Notes: generated by a model not told the origin, from the sequence alone. 64,000 bases of DNA from Nitrosopumilus sp. (GCA_965238275.1 OZ250186.1:1632001-1696000); one strand, 5' to 3'; counted from the first letter of the stretch, positions 22,748 to 34,091 are shown. Numbers and translations: made by a program.

Positions 22748-23605
22748 TTGAAAAGACTGACTGCCTCTGCCGTAAGACGGTTCGTTCCTGCGCGCAGCAG
22801 CACCTCGCGCAAGGGCCAGAACGGGACGGTCCTGATAGTGGGCGGGAGTCACACGTACCATGGGGCGCCAATCCTGGCATCACTTGCCTCGCTTAGAAGC
22901 GGCGCCGACCTGGTATACACTGCCGTCCCCAAAATCAACGTGGCGCCCACCCGGGCAACCTCCCCGGACCTGATAGTAATCCCGCTGGCCGATCAAAAGA
23001 TCACCCGCGGTGCCGTCAACAAGCTTGTCGGGGCCCTGCCCCTGGGCCTGGATTCAGCTGCAATCGGCATGGGCCTTGCGGTGCATGACCGGAACGCCCT
23101 CATCCACCTTGTAAAGTCTCTGCTGGACCGGGACGTCCGGCTGTCCTTGGATGCGGGAGCGCTGCTCCCCGAGGTTCTGCCTGCCCTGGCAGGACACAAT
23201 GTGGTGGTCACTCCCCATGCAGGCGAGTTTGGGAGGCTCTTTGGGCAGGCCGCACCCGAATCAGGGGACGGCAGGGTCATACTGGCAGAGGAGATGGCCA
23301 AAAGGCACGGCGTCACAGTGCTGCTAAAGGGACCCACCGATATCATATCTGACGGAACCACCACGTACCTCCACTCCAAAAGGACCCCGGCCATGACTGT
23401 CGGCGGAACAGGAGACGTCCTGTCCGGACTGGTTGCAGGAATCCTGGCACGAAACCGCAGCCCGCTTGAATCCGCATCGGCTGCCGTATTCATCAACGGG
23501 CTGGCAGGAGCCGACGTGCAGCAGAATCTCGGGCTCCACATGGCTGCAACTGATCTGCTGGATGCCATTCCGCGCGTAATGAGGCCGTTTGACAGGATGG
23601 GGTGA
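22748..23605 (+). CDS. nnrD: NAD(P)H-hydrate dehydratase
   Basis: SRKGQNG..L.VGGS..YHGAP, DAGAL, TPHAGEF, GGTGDVLSG. Confidence 0.9.
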   Translation: MKRLTASAVRRFVPARSSTSRKGQNGTVLIVGGSHTYHGAPILASLASLRSGADLVYTAVPKINVAPTRATSPDLIVIPLADQKITRGAVNKLVGALPLGLDSAAIGMGLAVHDRNALIHLVKSLLDRDVRLSLDAGALLPEVLPALAGHNVVVTPHAGEFGRLFGQAAPESGDGRVILAEEMAKRHGVTVLLKGPTDIISDGTTTYLHSKRTPAMTVGGTGDVLSGLVAGILARNRSPLESASAAVFINGLAGADVQQNLGLHMAATDLLDAIPRVMRPFDRMG

Positions 23606-24966
23606 TGGCCGGGATGGACGTATTCAGGCATGTGGATTCTGACATGGACGGGCTCATCTCGGACCTGCAGGCGCTGATAAGGCAGCCAAGCGTCTCTGCC
23701 ACAGGTGAGGGAATCCCAGAGTGCGCCGGACTGGTGCACAAGATGATGACATCTGCAGGCATTCCCTCTGAGGTACTGCGCCTGAAAGACGGGGTGGCGC
23801 CAATGGTGTTTGGCCATGTGGAGTCCAGACAGAACCCCGGCCGGACCCTGATGTTTTACAACCATTACGACGTGCAGCCTGCAGAGCCGCTTGACCTCTG
23901 GGACGATCCGCCGTTTGGCGGAACCCGGAGGGGCAACCAGATATTTGGCAGGGGGGCCACAGACGACAAGGGGGAGCTGATCACCCGAATCAAGGCAGTC
24001 GAGGCGTTTTTACAAGAGACCGGAGACGTCCCGTGCAACATCAAGTTTGTCGTCGAAGGCGAGGAGGAGACCGGAAGCGACCACATTGCCCAGTACCTGG
24101 AGAAATACCGGGACATGTTTGCATGCGATGGAGTGATCTGGGAGTTTGGATACGTTGACGTGCAGGACAGGGCCGTCATCGGCCTTGGAATGAAGGGCCT
24201 CCTGTTTGTGGAGCTGCATGCAAAAGAGTCCGTGCAGGATGCGCACTCCAGCCTGGCAGCGCTGATAAGGAATCCTGCATGGCACTTGGTCGAGGCCCTG
24301 GCAACGCTGCGCGACCCCGAGGGGCGAATCCTCATAGACGACTGGTACCTGGATGCGGTGCCGCTCTCTGCAGAGGAGCTGGATCTGATACGCGATGAGC
24401 CGTTTGACGAGGACGCGCTCAAAGACGAGTTCGGGGTGGACTCTTTTGTGGGGGGGATGAGCGGATTCGAGGCGAGAAAGGCCCTGGTGGGCGGCGCCAC
24501 ATGCAACATTGCAGGACTGGTCTCAGGATACACCGGGGATGGCGCAAAGACTGTCCTTCCGGGACACGCGACTGCAAAGATTGACTTTCGGCTGGTTCCC
24601 GGGATGGACCCGCAGAGGCAGGCCCGGCGGCTGAGACGCCACCTAAAGTCCAGGGGGTTTGGCGACATAGGGGTGAGGGTGTTTCACGGGGTGGCTGCTG
24701 CAAGAACCAGCCCGTCTGATCCGTTCGTAAGGGACGTGCAGGATGCAGCAGACTCTCTCTTTGCAGGCTCCATCATAAGCGTCTCAAATGCCGGAACCGG
24801 CCCCATGGACTCCTTTGCAGGAATCCTGGACGCCCCGTGCATCTCGATAGGAAGCACCTACGTCTTCTCCAGGATGCACTCCCCCAACGAGTTTGCCAGA
24901 ATCGATCTGCTGAACAAGACTACAAAATGCATCTGCACCATCATGCAGAATTTTGGCAGGAAATAA
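23602..24966 (+). CDS. M20-family metallopeptidase
   Basis: HYDVQP, GRGATDDKG, EGEEETGS, HSPNE. Confidence 0.9.
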   Translation: MMAGMDVFRHVDSDMDGLISDLQALIRQPSVSATGEGIPECAGLVHKMMTSAGIPSEVLRLKDGVAPMVFGHVESRQNPGRTLMFYNHYDVQPAEPLDLWDDPPFGGTRRGNQIFGRGATDDKGELITRIKAVEAFLQETGDVPCNIKFVVEGEEETGSDHIAQYLEKYRDMFACDGVIWEFGYVDVQDRAVIGLGMKGLLFVELHAKESVQDAHSSLAALIRNPAWHLVEALATLRDPEGRILIDDWYLDAVPLSAEELDLIRDEPFDEDALKDEFGVDSFVGGMSGFEARKALVGGATCNIAGLVSGYTGDGAKTVLPGHATAKIDFRLVPGMDPQRQARRLRRHLKSRGFGDIGVRVFHGVAAARTSPSDPFVRDVQDAADSLFAGSIISVSNAGTGPMDSFAGILDAPCISIGSTYVFSRMHSPNEFARIDLLNKTTKCICTIMQNFGRK

Positions 24967-24982
24967 CCGTGCAAAAAAAGAA

Positions 24983-25399
24983 CTAGTGGAGGATTCTTGG
25001 AATCTTCTTGACTGCATGCACCAGTGATATCCTTCCTGGTCCTGCAATCATGATCACAAGCGCTGCTGCCAGCAGAATCAGGTCAAGCTCGACTCCGCCG
25101 TCGCCTGTTATGCTCCCGGCCCCCTTTACGTGGAATATTGCCCCCAACATCACTATCGACAGCATCGCTGCTGAAAACCTGTTGAGCACGCCTATGATCA
25201 GCAGTATTCCTGGAATCGTCTCTGCCAGCGCTATCGGGATCTGCATCTCTGCCGGAATTCCAAGGCTTCCTAAAAAGCCTGCAAACCCAGGGTTGAACTT
25301 TCCAGTACCGTGCAGGATGAATATCACGCCTATGGCGGACCTCATGCCCATGAATACGGCATCGTTTAGGATCCATCCTTTAATCTCTGCTGTTGCCAT
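24983..25399 (-). CDS. DoxX-family membrane protein
   Basis: R..IGVIFILHG..K, four hydrophobic segments, GPGRISL. Confidence 0.85.
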   Translation of the reverse strand: MATAEIKGWILNDAVFMGMRSAIGVIFILHGTGKFNPGFAGFLGSLGIPAEMQIPIALAETIPGILLIIGVLNRFSAAMLSIVMLGAIFHVKGAGSITGDGGVELDLILLAAALVIMIAGPGRISLVHAVKKIPRILH

Positions 25400-25459
25400 G
25401 CCGCAAATTGCCCATTCTGGTATATTACCATGTCGTTTCCAACACCAGCCTGTTCCATT

Positions 25460-27748
25460 GTATCAATTCAGGTCCAATATAACCACGTGAGTCAGATTTA
25501 TCGATACAAGGCACTACTTGACCATGTTCAGATTGCAGCGTGCCAGAAATCTAATCATGACCAGATCCATGGATCCAGATCCCGTTCAGATTGACCATGT
25601 TCAGATTGCAGCGTGCCAGAAATCTTCGCGCATGCAAGAAGCGGCATGCGATTTGTACCGGAAATTGTTCTTGGCGACCAGACGTGCGGCAACGACCCGT
25701 CCGCCAGAATGTTTTGGGCAGCCGCGGCGGATCAGGCCGGGATCGCGGATCCCACCCGGCGTCCGGACACGGCTGCTGCCCCCGTCATGATGGGCGGTGG
25801 GATGCCAGAGGAGAAGATGTCCCAGCATGGATCCCGGGCCATCGCCAGCACCGCCTCGCGCGGGGATACCCCGTTCTTTCTGCACGTCGCCATGAACGTC
25901 TGGTGCGTCGAAAAGTTCCGCGCCGCAGCCTTGTTGGGGTGCGGCGCCCTGTGGCGGGAGGGTATGATGTACCTGCGTATCAGGAGTTCAGTCGAGTTGT
26001 TGTGAAGCGGCATTCCAGGGTAGCGCAGCCCGGTGAAGAGGTTGTCTAGGGCGTTTTCCAGCGTGGTGGTAAGGGAATCGCGCTGAAACGAGTCGATGAT
26101 CATGCGCACGCGGTCCGTCAGGGACGCTATGTGTTGGTTGATGGTCTCTGCCAGGCCGGGCACCTTGGATGTGACATCCAGGTTGCTGGCGCATCGGATC
26201 GGACCTCCGGCTGCGGCCGTGATCAGGATTGCGGCCTTTTTGGCATCCTTGTACACTTCCAGCAGCATCCTGTGCCTTACGTGCTGGGGCGAGCCGTGCC
26301 CGTGCTTGATGGCCAGGGATTCTGACTTGCGGGTCACGTGCACGAAGCACCTGCCAAGCGGCCCGTCGTGCCACTCGTACCCGCTGGTCCCGTCACGCAT
26401 GGCCGGGCGGTTGGCCATCCAATGGTGTTGCGCGCTGAGATCCGCGGCACTCTTGCCGCCAGTCACCTTGACGGTGGTGGTGCGGAGCGTGTTGGATACC
26501 AGCACCTGCGCGGCCTCCCCGGCCACCCTGCCGCCGGTCTCGTCGGTGGCCACGTACGGGTCCATCGACGCACTCTCCAGGATCGCCTCCATGACCGACA
26601 GGGGTACCGTCGGGTTCCTGTCGCAACTGCCGTCTGCGGCCGGAGCATCTGCGGCCGGAGCATCTGCGGTTCGTCCCTCCAGGTTCCTTGCCACGGCCGT
26701 GCGGCAGTGGGATATCGCCCCGGCCGAGAACTTGGCCCCGTGAAGTTCCTTCAGGAACATCCTGATGCTTCCCTGCCCGGTGTCGCCATCAAAATACGTC
26801 TCGATGGCGGCCCTCAGATTGGGTCCGAACGAGGTGCCCTCGATGGTATCTGTGTGTGGGATGGTCGTGGCACCACAGGCTGCACACTCGGCGAGCCAGA
26901 TGTAATACATGAGGCACTCAAATCCCGCGCCGTCTTCGCGCAGGTCGTAGATCCTCTTGCGGATGATCCTTGTTGTCTGCAGGTTTGTCCTGCCGCAGTT
27001 CTGGCAGGTCTCCGGTGCGAACGTGCGCGTGCCTGTCGGCATGTCGTCGCGGGAGGATCCCTGCGTCCCGGGCTGCTTGCCGGGGTTTTTGGCAGGAGGG
27101 GGCTCCCGGCCTTCGGCTTCTGCATCGCGCGCCTCCTCTTCCCTGCGGAACTCCCTGCGCGTCTTGAGCGCTGGCCCGTTCTCAGAAGGCCTGCCGTTCC
27201 AGCCATGGGCGATTTTTATGGTCTTGTTGAGGTACGCGATCTCGTCGTCTCGTATCTTGATCCGGGACTCCAGCCTGTCTATTTTCTCCAGCGCTGCGGC
27301 AAGTTCGTTCTTGTCCTTTCGGCGTGCTGCGGCAAGCTCTTCTTCCAACCTGCTTACGATCGTCCACACCCGGTACAATGCCCCGCGCAGCACCTTCTTC
27401 TCATCATATGCAGGCGGTGCCGGCATGGACACGATGCCGGATCCCGAACACGCCGGGCATTTTGCGTGGCTGCAAGATGCCATGCCTAGCAGCATGCCTC
27501 CGTAATAAGGCGCCCATCAGTTCCCTTAAATTCCTCCTTGTTCAAGCGTGTTTGGTGTGTCGGTTTCTTCATTTGTGATGATCTGAAGGAACTGGCACCC
27601 GTTCATACTTGGATCCTGATAGTCTGAATTTGTTGGCAAGATCGTGAAAATACTAAACATGTATCGAGACGGTACGACCAGAACCTCGGAATGATGCTGC
27701 CATGAGCATGATCAGGACTGCTTGGTTATATTGGACCTGAATTGATAC
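25460..27748 (-). mobile_element. IS66-like element with 26-bp IRs (GTATCAATTCAGGTCCAATATAACCA)
   Basis: IR at 25460-25485 and inverted at 27723-27748; no clean TSD next to right IR. Confidence 0.8.
25732..27495 (-). CDS. IS66-like transposase
   Basis: PGKQPG..G, CQNC/CAAC zinc finger, DETG, CFVH..R, NNSTE, TCRKNG. Confidence 0.8.
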   Translation of the reverse strand: MLLGMASCSHAKCPACSGSGIVSMPAPPAYDEKKVLRGALYRVWTIVSRLEEELAAARRKDKNELAAALEKIDRLESRIKIRDDEIAYLNKTIKIAHGWNGRPSENGPALKTRREFRREEEARDAEAEGREPPPAKNPGKQPGTQGSSRDDMPTGTRTFAPETCQNCGRTNLQTTRIIRKRIYDLREDGAGFECLMYYIWLAECAACGATTIPHTDTIEGTSFGPNLRAAIETYFDGDTGQGSIRMFLKELHGAKFSAGAISHCRTAVARNLEGRTADAPAADAPAADGSCDRNPTVPLSVMEAILESASMDPYVATDETGGRVAGEAAQVLVSNTLRTTTVKVTGGKSAADLSAQHHWMANRPAMRDGTSGYEWHDGPLGRCFVHVTRKSESLAIKHGHGSPQHVRHRMLLEVYKDAKKAAILITAAAGGPIRCASNLDVTSKVPGLAETINQHIASLTDRVRMIIDSFQRDSLTTTLENALDNLFTGLRYPGMPLHNNSTELLIRRYIIPSRHRAPHPNKAAARNFSTHQTFMATCRKNGVSPREAVLAMARDPCWDIFSSGIPPPIMTGAAAVSGRRVGSAIPA

Positions 27749-28126
27749 GTGGCCGTTCATACTTGGATCCTGATAGTCTGAATTTGTTGGCAATTTATCA
27801 GTGAAAATACTAAACAACGAGACGGACCAGAACCTCGGAATGATCGCGTCCCGAAGCTATGATCAGGAATGCTTGGTTATATTCCATTGTGCAAGAATCA
27901 TGCCGCCTTCAGGACTTCCAAATACGGAGATTGCAGCATCCGCCTGATGATGATGATGCATCGCGTGCACCTGTCTTTCAACTCTGGACCTGCCGTCCCC
28001 CTTGGCCCATGCATCCTGTGGCATGCGCCTGGCTGCGTCCAGGCTACGTGATTCTTGGACAACAACAACAACAGGCATCTGCCTTGTTTAGAAAACCCTT
28101 TATTATGCCGACGGATTTTCTCAATC

Positions 28127-28723
28127 ATGTCCATGTACATGCCAGGTGCCACCGCCGTTGGAATTACCTTTGACGGCGGCGTGGTGTTTGCAAGCGAAAA
28201 GCGCATCGCCTTTGGAAATTTTCTCGTAAGCAAGTCCACAAAAAAGACGTTCCCCCTCACACCCAAGGTCGGTGCAACCTGCGCCGGCCTCGTAGCCGAC
28301 ATGCAGATCCTGTCCCTGCAGATAGCTGCACTTGCAAAGATCAGAAAGATGGATCTGAGGCGTGATGTTCCGCCCAACACCGTGGCCAAGATGATGTCAA
28401 ACATGATGTACGAGCGAAGATACTTTCCGCTGCTCACGCAGGTGATAGTGGGCGGGATGGTAGACAAGCCGGTCATGTATACGCTGGATCCCCTGGGCTC
28501 TGTCCTTCCGGACCAGTACGCTGCGGTGGGGACCGGAGCCGAGATGGCACTGGGCGTCCTGGATCCGCAGTTCCGTCCGGGCATGACCCGCGACGAGGCA
28601 GTCGATCTTGCAAAGCGCGCGGTGCGCTCTGCGTCCCTGAGGGACTCTGCAAGCGGCGACGGCATAGACGTCATGGTAATCACCAGCGACGGACTCAAGG
28701 AATTCACCGAATCCATAAACTAG
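28127..28723 (+). CDS. psmB: Proteasome subunit beta
   Basis: GATAVG, EKR, GLVADMQ, DPLGS, GTGAE.A.G, RD.ASGDG. Confidence 0.95.
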   Translation: MSMYMPGATAVGITFDGGVVFASEKRIAFGNFLVSKSTKKTFPLTPKVGATCAGLVADMQILSLQIAALAKIRKMDLRRDVPPNTVAKMMSNMMYERRYFPLLTQVIVGGMVDKPVMYTLDPLGSVLPDQYAAVGTGAEMALGVLDPQFRPGMTRDEAVDLAKRAVRSASLRDSASGDGIDVMVITSDGLKEFTESIN

Positions 28724-29184
28724 TCGTGGATGGTCTTGCCAGTCTCCCAGAACCTGTCTGAGATGTAGTGAAGATTCTCCAGAACCTCTCCCCTTTCCAT
28801 GGATTCTGCCTCCTCACTTGAAACCATGGCCCTTCCCACTGCCAAAAACTTGTGCCTAGACTCCTCTGCTATGCACACTATGGAGTCCTTTTCAAACTCG
28901 GTAAACGACGTGATTCCGGGCCTCATCAGGTTTGCCCCGTTGCACATGAACCTGACTGCCCCCATGTCCACCGTAACGCATGGAAACTTCTTCAGTACCT
29001 CAGTCTCTGAGAGAAACGGCAGGTAGCCCTTGTCAGTCTTGAGTATCTTTACGCCGCCTCCGGTAATCATCTGCGCATCGTCTGATATGCTGTGGACGGT
29101 CATGTTTCTGATCCTTGGAAACTCGACGCCCCACTGCTCGGATACGGCCTTGAGGATTACGGCCGTCTGGCTCTTTGAGATCAT
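28720..29184 (-). CDS. PUA-domain RNA-binding protein (MCT-1/Tma20-like)
   Basis: VDMGAVRF.CNGA..MRPGI and HY.SD.FW motifs. Confidence 0.85.
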   Translation of the reverse strand: MISKSQTAVILKAVSEQWGVEFPRIRNMTVHSISDDAQMITGGGVKILKTDKGYLPFLSETEVLKKFPCVTVDMGAVRFMCNGANLMRPGITSFTEFEKDSIVCIAEESRHKFLAVGRAMVSSEEAESMERGEVLENLHYISDRFWETGKTIHD

Positions 29185-29220
29185 GTTGGATTTTATGCCC
29201 TTGTCATCTCCTGCCCGATG

Positions 29221-30276
29221 CTAAACAGATCCCTCAATCCCATAACTAGATGGAATGGAGCGTGCAGCTGTTCTTGGCATCTCCTGCCTGATGTCCAGCA
29301 GATCCCTCAGTATGGAGCTGGCAGTCTCGATGCCGCCGGCACCCCTCCCTATGATGGTCTGGGTTCCGGAGTGCTCGGATGTAAACGATATCGCATTGAG
29401 CGTCCCGTTGACGCAGAGCGGATCCTTGTTTGGAATCTCCTTTGGCCCCACCGTCAGACTCTTGTTGCACGAGGCAATCAGTTTTACGGTGCGGCCCTGC
29501 GATGCCGCCTTTTTAATATCTGCTGACGTGACGTTTCGGATTCCGACCCTGGCAATGTCTGGCATCGTCACCTTCATGCCGGCTATCCAGTTGGCCAGGA
29601 TTACAAGCTTTGCTGCTGCATCCAGTCCGTCAAGATCCAGGGACTCGTCTGCCTCCACGTATCCCTTCTCCTTTGCATCCCGGAGCGCGTCCTCGAAGGA
29701 GAGCCCTGCTGTCATGTTTGAGAGGATGTAGTTTGTGGTGCCGTTGAGTATTCCTGCAAAGGACGTGATCCTCTCGCCCCTCAGGCTGTTCTTTGCGTAG
29801 TCCAGAATCGGCGTTCCGCCGCCCACCGTCCCGCTGAACTTGAACATGACCTGGTTGTACGCTGCAAGCTCCATGAGGGACGGAAACGCCAGCGCAAGCG
29901 GGCCCTTGTTGACAGATATAACGTGCATCCCCTTCTTCATGGCCGATGTTATGTGGGTCATTCCGGGCTCGGCATCGACGTAGTTGCTGGCAGTGGTCTC
30001 GATGAGCACGTCTGCCTCGACATTGTTTATCATCTTGATTCCGGACATGGAGTTTTTGGTGCGTGAGTAGTTTTTTACCGTCCCAAACCGCTTCTTTACC
30101 TCTGCCATCCTGTCAAACCTGAGCCCTGACGGATCCACTGCGCTGCCGCGGCTGTCAACGACTCCGACAACCCTTGGTTTCAGCCCGTACTTTGCATAGA
30201 GATCCTCCGATCTCGAATCAAAAAGCCTTACCAGGCTCTGTCCGACTACGCCAAACCCGCACATTATTATTCTCAA
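29221..30276 (-). CDS. hom: Homoserine dehydrogenase
   Basis: GFGVVG, NKGP, TVGGGTP, GILNGTTNYIL, GAG..ETAS. Confidence 0.95.
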   Translation of the reverse strand: MRIIMCGFGVVGQSLVRLFDSRSEDLYAKYGLKPRVVGVVDSRGSAVDPSGLRFDRMAEVKKRFGTVKNYSRTKNSMSGIKMINNVEADVLIETTASNYVDAEPGMTHITSAMKKGMHVISVNKGPLALAFPSLMELAAYNQVMFKFSGTVGGGTPILDYAKNSLRGERITSFAGILNGTTNYILSNMTAGLSFEDALRDAKEKGYVEADESLDLDGLDAAAKLVILANWIAGMKVTMPDIARVGIRNVTSADIKKAASQGRTVKLIASCNKSLTVGPKEIPNKDPLCVNGTLNAISFTSEHSGTQTIIGRGAGGIETASSILRDLLDIRQEMPRTAARSIPSSYGIEGSV

Positions 30277-30336
30277 TTATATCGCCTCTGTCTGTCACAG
30301 TACTCTCTTAATTTTCTTACCATTCCATGCGGTTCG

Positions 30337-30753
30337 CTACTGCTGCTGCTGCTGCTGCTGCCCTGCCTCGTCATGCTCAAGGGAGACGGAGTTTATGCAG
30401 TATCTCTGGTTTGTCGGCTTTGGCCCGTCGTCAAAGACGTGCCCCAGATGGGCCCCGCACCTGCCGCAGTTGACCTCCACTCTGAGCATCCCGTAAGACG
30501 TGTCTGAGATGTACTCTATGCTGTCCTCGTCCACGGGCTTCCAGAAGCTGGGCCACCCGGAACCCGAATCAAACTTTGCCTCCGACGAGAAGAGTCCTTC
30601 CCCGCAGCATACGCACCTGTAGGTTCCGTCAGGACTGCTGTATGCATACTTTCCCGAAAACGGCGGCTCCGTCCCATGATCCACGCACACCTCGTACTGC
30701 TCAGGCGTCAGCCGGCCTTTCAGCTCCTCTGGATTCTTTGCGTTCTTTGCCAC
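30337..30753 (-). CDS. msrB: Methionine-R-sulfoxide reductase with poly-Gln tail
   Basis: GTEPPF, CVCC, GWPSF, HLGHVF.DGP, RYCINS. Confidence 0.95.
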   Translation of the reverse strand: MAKNAKNPEELKGRLTPEQYEVCVDHGTEPPFSGKYAYSSPDGTYRCVCCGEGLFSSEAKFDSGSGWPSFWKPVDEDSIEYISDTSYGMLRVEVNCGRCGAHLGHVFDDGPKPTNQRYCINSVSLEHDEAGQQQQQQQ

Positions 30754-30889
30754 GGCATGGAAACGGTGCCTGGATGTTATTAGTTTGTTGATTGCACCGA
30801 CCGGAATCCCCAATACAGCGAGCCTCCGGCCCGGCAGCAGCGCAATCCGTGACGGATTCTGGCTGTGTGGTGCCACTGCCTGTCTGCTG

Positions 30890-32539
30890 CTACTGCCTGT
30901 CTGCTGCTACTGCCTCGGTCGTCCCTGGGGGGAGTTTTGCCGCAGTCCGCTTCTCGGACTCGAACCTCTCCAGGTCGTACTCCTTGAGGTCGGCAAACCT
31001 GATTATCCTGCTCAGGGTTGGATGGACCCGCTCTATGTGGCCGAATAACTCCTGTGCCATCTGCCTGTAGTCTGCATGCCCCTGCGGCACCGTCCTGAGT
31101 TCTATGAGGTGGCACGCCTCCCTCAGGTTGAGCCTCATCATGTATGGATAGTTGTAGGCAAAGTTCACAACATACTGGCCCTGCTCCGGATATCCCTTTC
31201 GTATCCTCCCAAAGGCGTCCTTGGTGGCATCCATGCACCCTGCAAAGTCCTTTTCGATGCCCAGCATGGCAATCTCCGGGGGCGTCGTGTAGCCGTGGTC
31301 AGTAGTCAGCAGCTGCCTCTGCATCGTGAGGGCCCGGTGCCTGTGAATGTCGCGGAACATCCCAAAGTTGTTGCACAAGTCAAACGTATAGTAGACCCCC
31401 TCAAAGGCCCTTGAAGGCTTCTGGCGCCTGTTTGAGCGAATCCGCGCCTGCCTGGCAATGATGCCTGCCTTTTTTTGCATTGGGATTGCTCGTACCTGCT
31501 CCAGCATCGCGCCGTATGACGTCCCCTGTGCATGCTCGTACAGCACGCTTGCCACAACCTTGTTTATGGCAGCCTCCTCTGGCTCGTACTCTGCCAGATT
31601 GGTTGCATAGCCTGTAGTAGTGCCTGCCGGTATGTTCTCACCTGTAAGAACCGCCTTTGACTCGTCGCTTACCCTCCTCAGGTACTCCTGAAGGGCCAGG
31701 CCGTATCTGTCGTCTGCCCTCTTCACAAACGAGCGTATCGTGGTGTCAAGCTCCGTCTTGATTCGGGATGCCAGATTCTGCTCCTCTTCCAGGTCAGAGG
31801 CGCCCAGGATGCTCAGCATATACTCGAACGCACGGCCGTTCCCGCATATTCCGACGTTTGTCAGCGTCGATGCGGGAAGCAGTCCCCTGAGTATGTCAAG
31901 TGCCTTAGCGCGCGTGGAGCCGCGGTATATCCTCTCTGAGGATTTTATGTCGTCGCTGCTGCTCAGTCCGGAGAACGGCTTGTCTGTTCCGTCAGTCGAG
32001 TCCCTGAAGGTGTACTGCTCTATGCTGTATCTCTCCCTGACATAGTTTATCATGGGCTCTATGTTTCTGGAGTAGACCTCAAAGGAGTGGTTGCATGCCT
32101 CCTCGTACGTGTCTGCAAACCTTGACTCCATTATGGTCCGGTCCCTGTGGAACCTGTACCTGCCGTTCTCCTTTCTGTTCCACGGGACGTACCTTGACGA
32201 CTTTTCCAGGTATGACAGCCCGATCCTCCTGTCCTCTATCTTTTTTACTGCGATGTTTGAGAGCCCCTCGATTGCAATCTGGGCCTCTCCAAGCTCTGCG
32301 ACAGAGTCATCCCCGTACTCCACAAGAATCCTGTTGTAAAACTCCTCCCCCCTGTTCGGGTTTCCAAGAAACTCGTCAAGAAAGATCCTCCTCATGCTCT
32401 TGTCCGTCCTGCTGTATCTTGACATGAGCGCGCCGCGGTCAACCTGCCGAGGTGTGGTGATCGCAAAGACGTTCCCGTCCGTGTTTGAAAAGTGTCCTGA
32501 CAGGATCTCAGTCTCTTCTGGCGTAAACTCTGGCAACAC
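30890..32539 (-). CDS. thyX: FAD-dependent thymidylate synthase (long, duplicated-domain form)
   Basis: [26 protein letters not shown]. Confidence 0.85.
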   Translation of the reverse strand: MLPEFTPEETEILSGHFSNTDGNVFAITTPRQVDRGALMSRYSRTDKSMRRIFLDEFLGNPNRGEEFYNRILVEYGDDSVAELGEAQIAIEGLSNIAVKKIEDRRIGLSYLEKSSRYVPWNRKENGRYRFHRDRTIMESRFADTYEEACNHSFEVYSRNIEPMINYVRERYSIEQYTFRDSTDGTDKPFSGLSSSDDIKSSERIYRGSTRAKALDILRGLLPASTLTNVGICGNGRAFEYMLSILGASDLEEEQNLASRIKTELDTTIRSFVKRADDRYGLALQEYLRRVSDESKAVLTGENIPAGTTTGYATNLAEYEPEEAAINKVVASVLYEHAQGTSYGAMLEQVRAIPMQKKAGIIARQARIRSNRRQKPSRAFEGVYYTFDLCNNFGMFRDIHRHRALTMQRQLLTTDHGYTTPPEIAMLGIEKDFAGCMDATKDAFGRIRKGYPEQGQYVVNFAYNYPYMMRLNLREACHLIELRTVPQGHADYRQMAQELFGHIERVHPTLSRIIRFADLKEYDLERFESEKRTAAKLPPGTTEAVAADRQ

Positions 32540-32657
32540 TACATCCCGGACTGTGTCCTATTTTTGTCAATCTCAATTCATATGATATCCTAAGAGTCAA
32601 GCCGCATCCACCATACGGCACCAAATCGCAGAACCGCCCCCTGGGACTAGTGCGTGG

Positions 32658-32951
32658 CTACTTTTTTCTTCCAATCTGTATGAGGTCCGGACCATTGTCT
32701 CTGTCCCTGTCGCGACCCTTGGACTGCCACCTCAGCAGAACCTCCTTGAACGATGCGGCGTCTGCCTCGTTTTCAGTATACAGCAGGGTCGTAACCCAGA
32801 ATCCGCCCTTTGCAGTCTTTCCGCCAATGGAGTTCATCCAAAAGTCGCTTGGCAGGCTTTCCAGAGGCTTGCTGTTCGGATCCCTGGTCTCTGCTACCCA
32901 TCTGCTTGCGACAAAGTTCAGGATCTGCTCAAGCTCTTCTCTCTGAATCAT
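32658..32951 (-). CDS. Hypothetical protein
   Basis: ATG start with AT-rich TATA-like tract upstream; no motif recognised. Confidence 0.55.
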   Translation of the reverse strand: MIQREELEQILNFVASRWVAETRDPNSKPLESLPSDFWMNSIGGKTAKGGFWVTTLLYTENEADAASFKEVLLRWQSKGRDRDRDNGPDLIQIGRKK

Positions 32952-33166
32952 ACGTGTCCTGATACGGCTCTAAATTTTAAAATTACGCTTGCCCTCCCCT
33001 GCTGCATCATCCTGAAGACGCGGTTCGGCGAATGTGCACCGTCTCCGGAATCCTGCTTCGCGCATGAATGCGCATCGTGCCTGCCGCATGTTGTAAAATT
33101 AATCTCACAAAAACTCAAAACATTTCTTACACGTTATTGGTTATACAATTCCATCAAACACTACAC

Positions 33167-34048
33167 ATGACACATGACAACGTCGAGATTATTGGCAAAA
33201 ACGTCAAGGACATGTACGGGTCATTCATGGGCAGCGTCGTAGGAACTGTAACTGACATAGACGGAAGCGTCCAGTCAGTGGGCATCGATTACGGCTCCCA
33301 CGGACTGCAGCAGATCCCATACGAACAGCTGGTGGTTCAGGACGAGGTGGTCATCTTCATTCCGAGATGGAGGCTTGACTCACAGAGGCTCATCCGTGAA
33401 AAACAGCTTACGCTGCGCCGCCTCAAGGCCCTGATGGACATTGTTGCTGAAAACGATGACATGAAAGATGACGCTGAGATCATCCATGAGAAATACAAGT
33501 CAAAACTTGCATCTCTGGATGAGGCAGAGGCTGAAATCAGGGTCAAACTTGAGACAAGACTCTCCGAGCTCAACGAACAGCAAACGTCTGCCAAGACACT
33601 GCTCTTTGATGCAAAGGTGCAGTACAAGAGTGATGAGATCTCCGAGGCCACCTTTGAGATTGTAAAATCATCAACCAGTGGCGTAATCGAGCACATCGCA
33701 CATGAATCCGCAGAGATCTCAAACATCAAGAGTCGCATTGCCGATCTTGAACTTGAATCCGAGCAGATCGAGGCACCGGCACACCCGATACAGGAGTCGG
33801 CCGTAACATACCTGGAGGCTGCTGCCACATCACAACAGATGACGCAGACAATGCTTCCGGAGGCACCGACAGAACCCGTACCAGAACAGATGCCAGAGCA
33901 GACGCCAGAGCCCGTAGAAGCACCGACAGAACCAAAAAATCTCAACCAATCTGCAGTTCCATTCGCATTCCCAAAGCCGCCTGTACAGACAGCTTCGGAA
34001 CCTGTAGACGATGACCAAGACTGGCTTGCCCGAATGGAGGCACAGTAA
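33167..34048 (+). CDS. cdvA: Cell division protein CdvA-like
   Basis: IGK.VKDMYG...G.VVG PRC-barrel start, coiled coil, C-terminal DWLARM. Confidence 0.8.
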   Translation: MTHDNVEIIGKNVKDMYGSFMGSVVGTVTDIDGSVQSVGIDYGSHGLQQIPYEQLVVQDEVVIFIPRWRLDSQRLIREKQLTLRRLKALMDIVAENDDMKDDAEIIHEKYKSKLASLDEAEAEIRVKLETRLSELNEQQTSAKTLLFDAKVQYKSDEISEATFEIVKSSTSGVIEHIAHESAEISNIKSRIADLELESEQIEAPAHPIQESAVTYLEAAATSQQMTQTMLPEAPTEPVPEQMPEQTPEPVEAPTEPKNLNQSAVPFAFPKPPVQTASEPVDDDQDWLARMEAQ

Positions 34049-34091
34049 TTTTTTTAACTCCTGAATTACGTCTGGACAGTGACTAATCAGC

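Noticed and set aside
26338-27489. 383-aa plus-strand ORF and similar long antisense ORFs across the window
   Set aside because: Expected shadows of GC-rich genes on the opposite strand; no motifs
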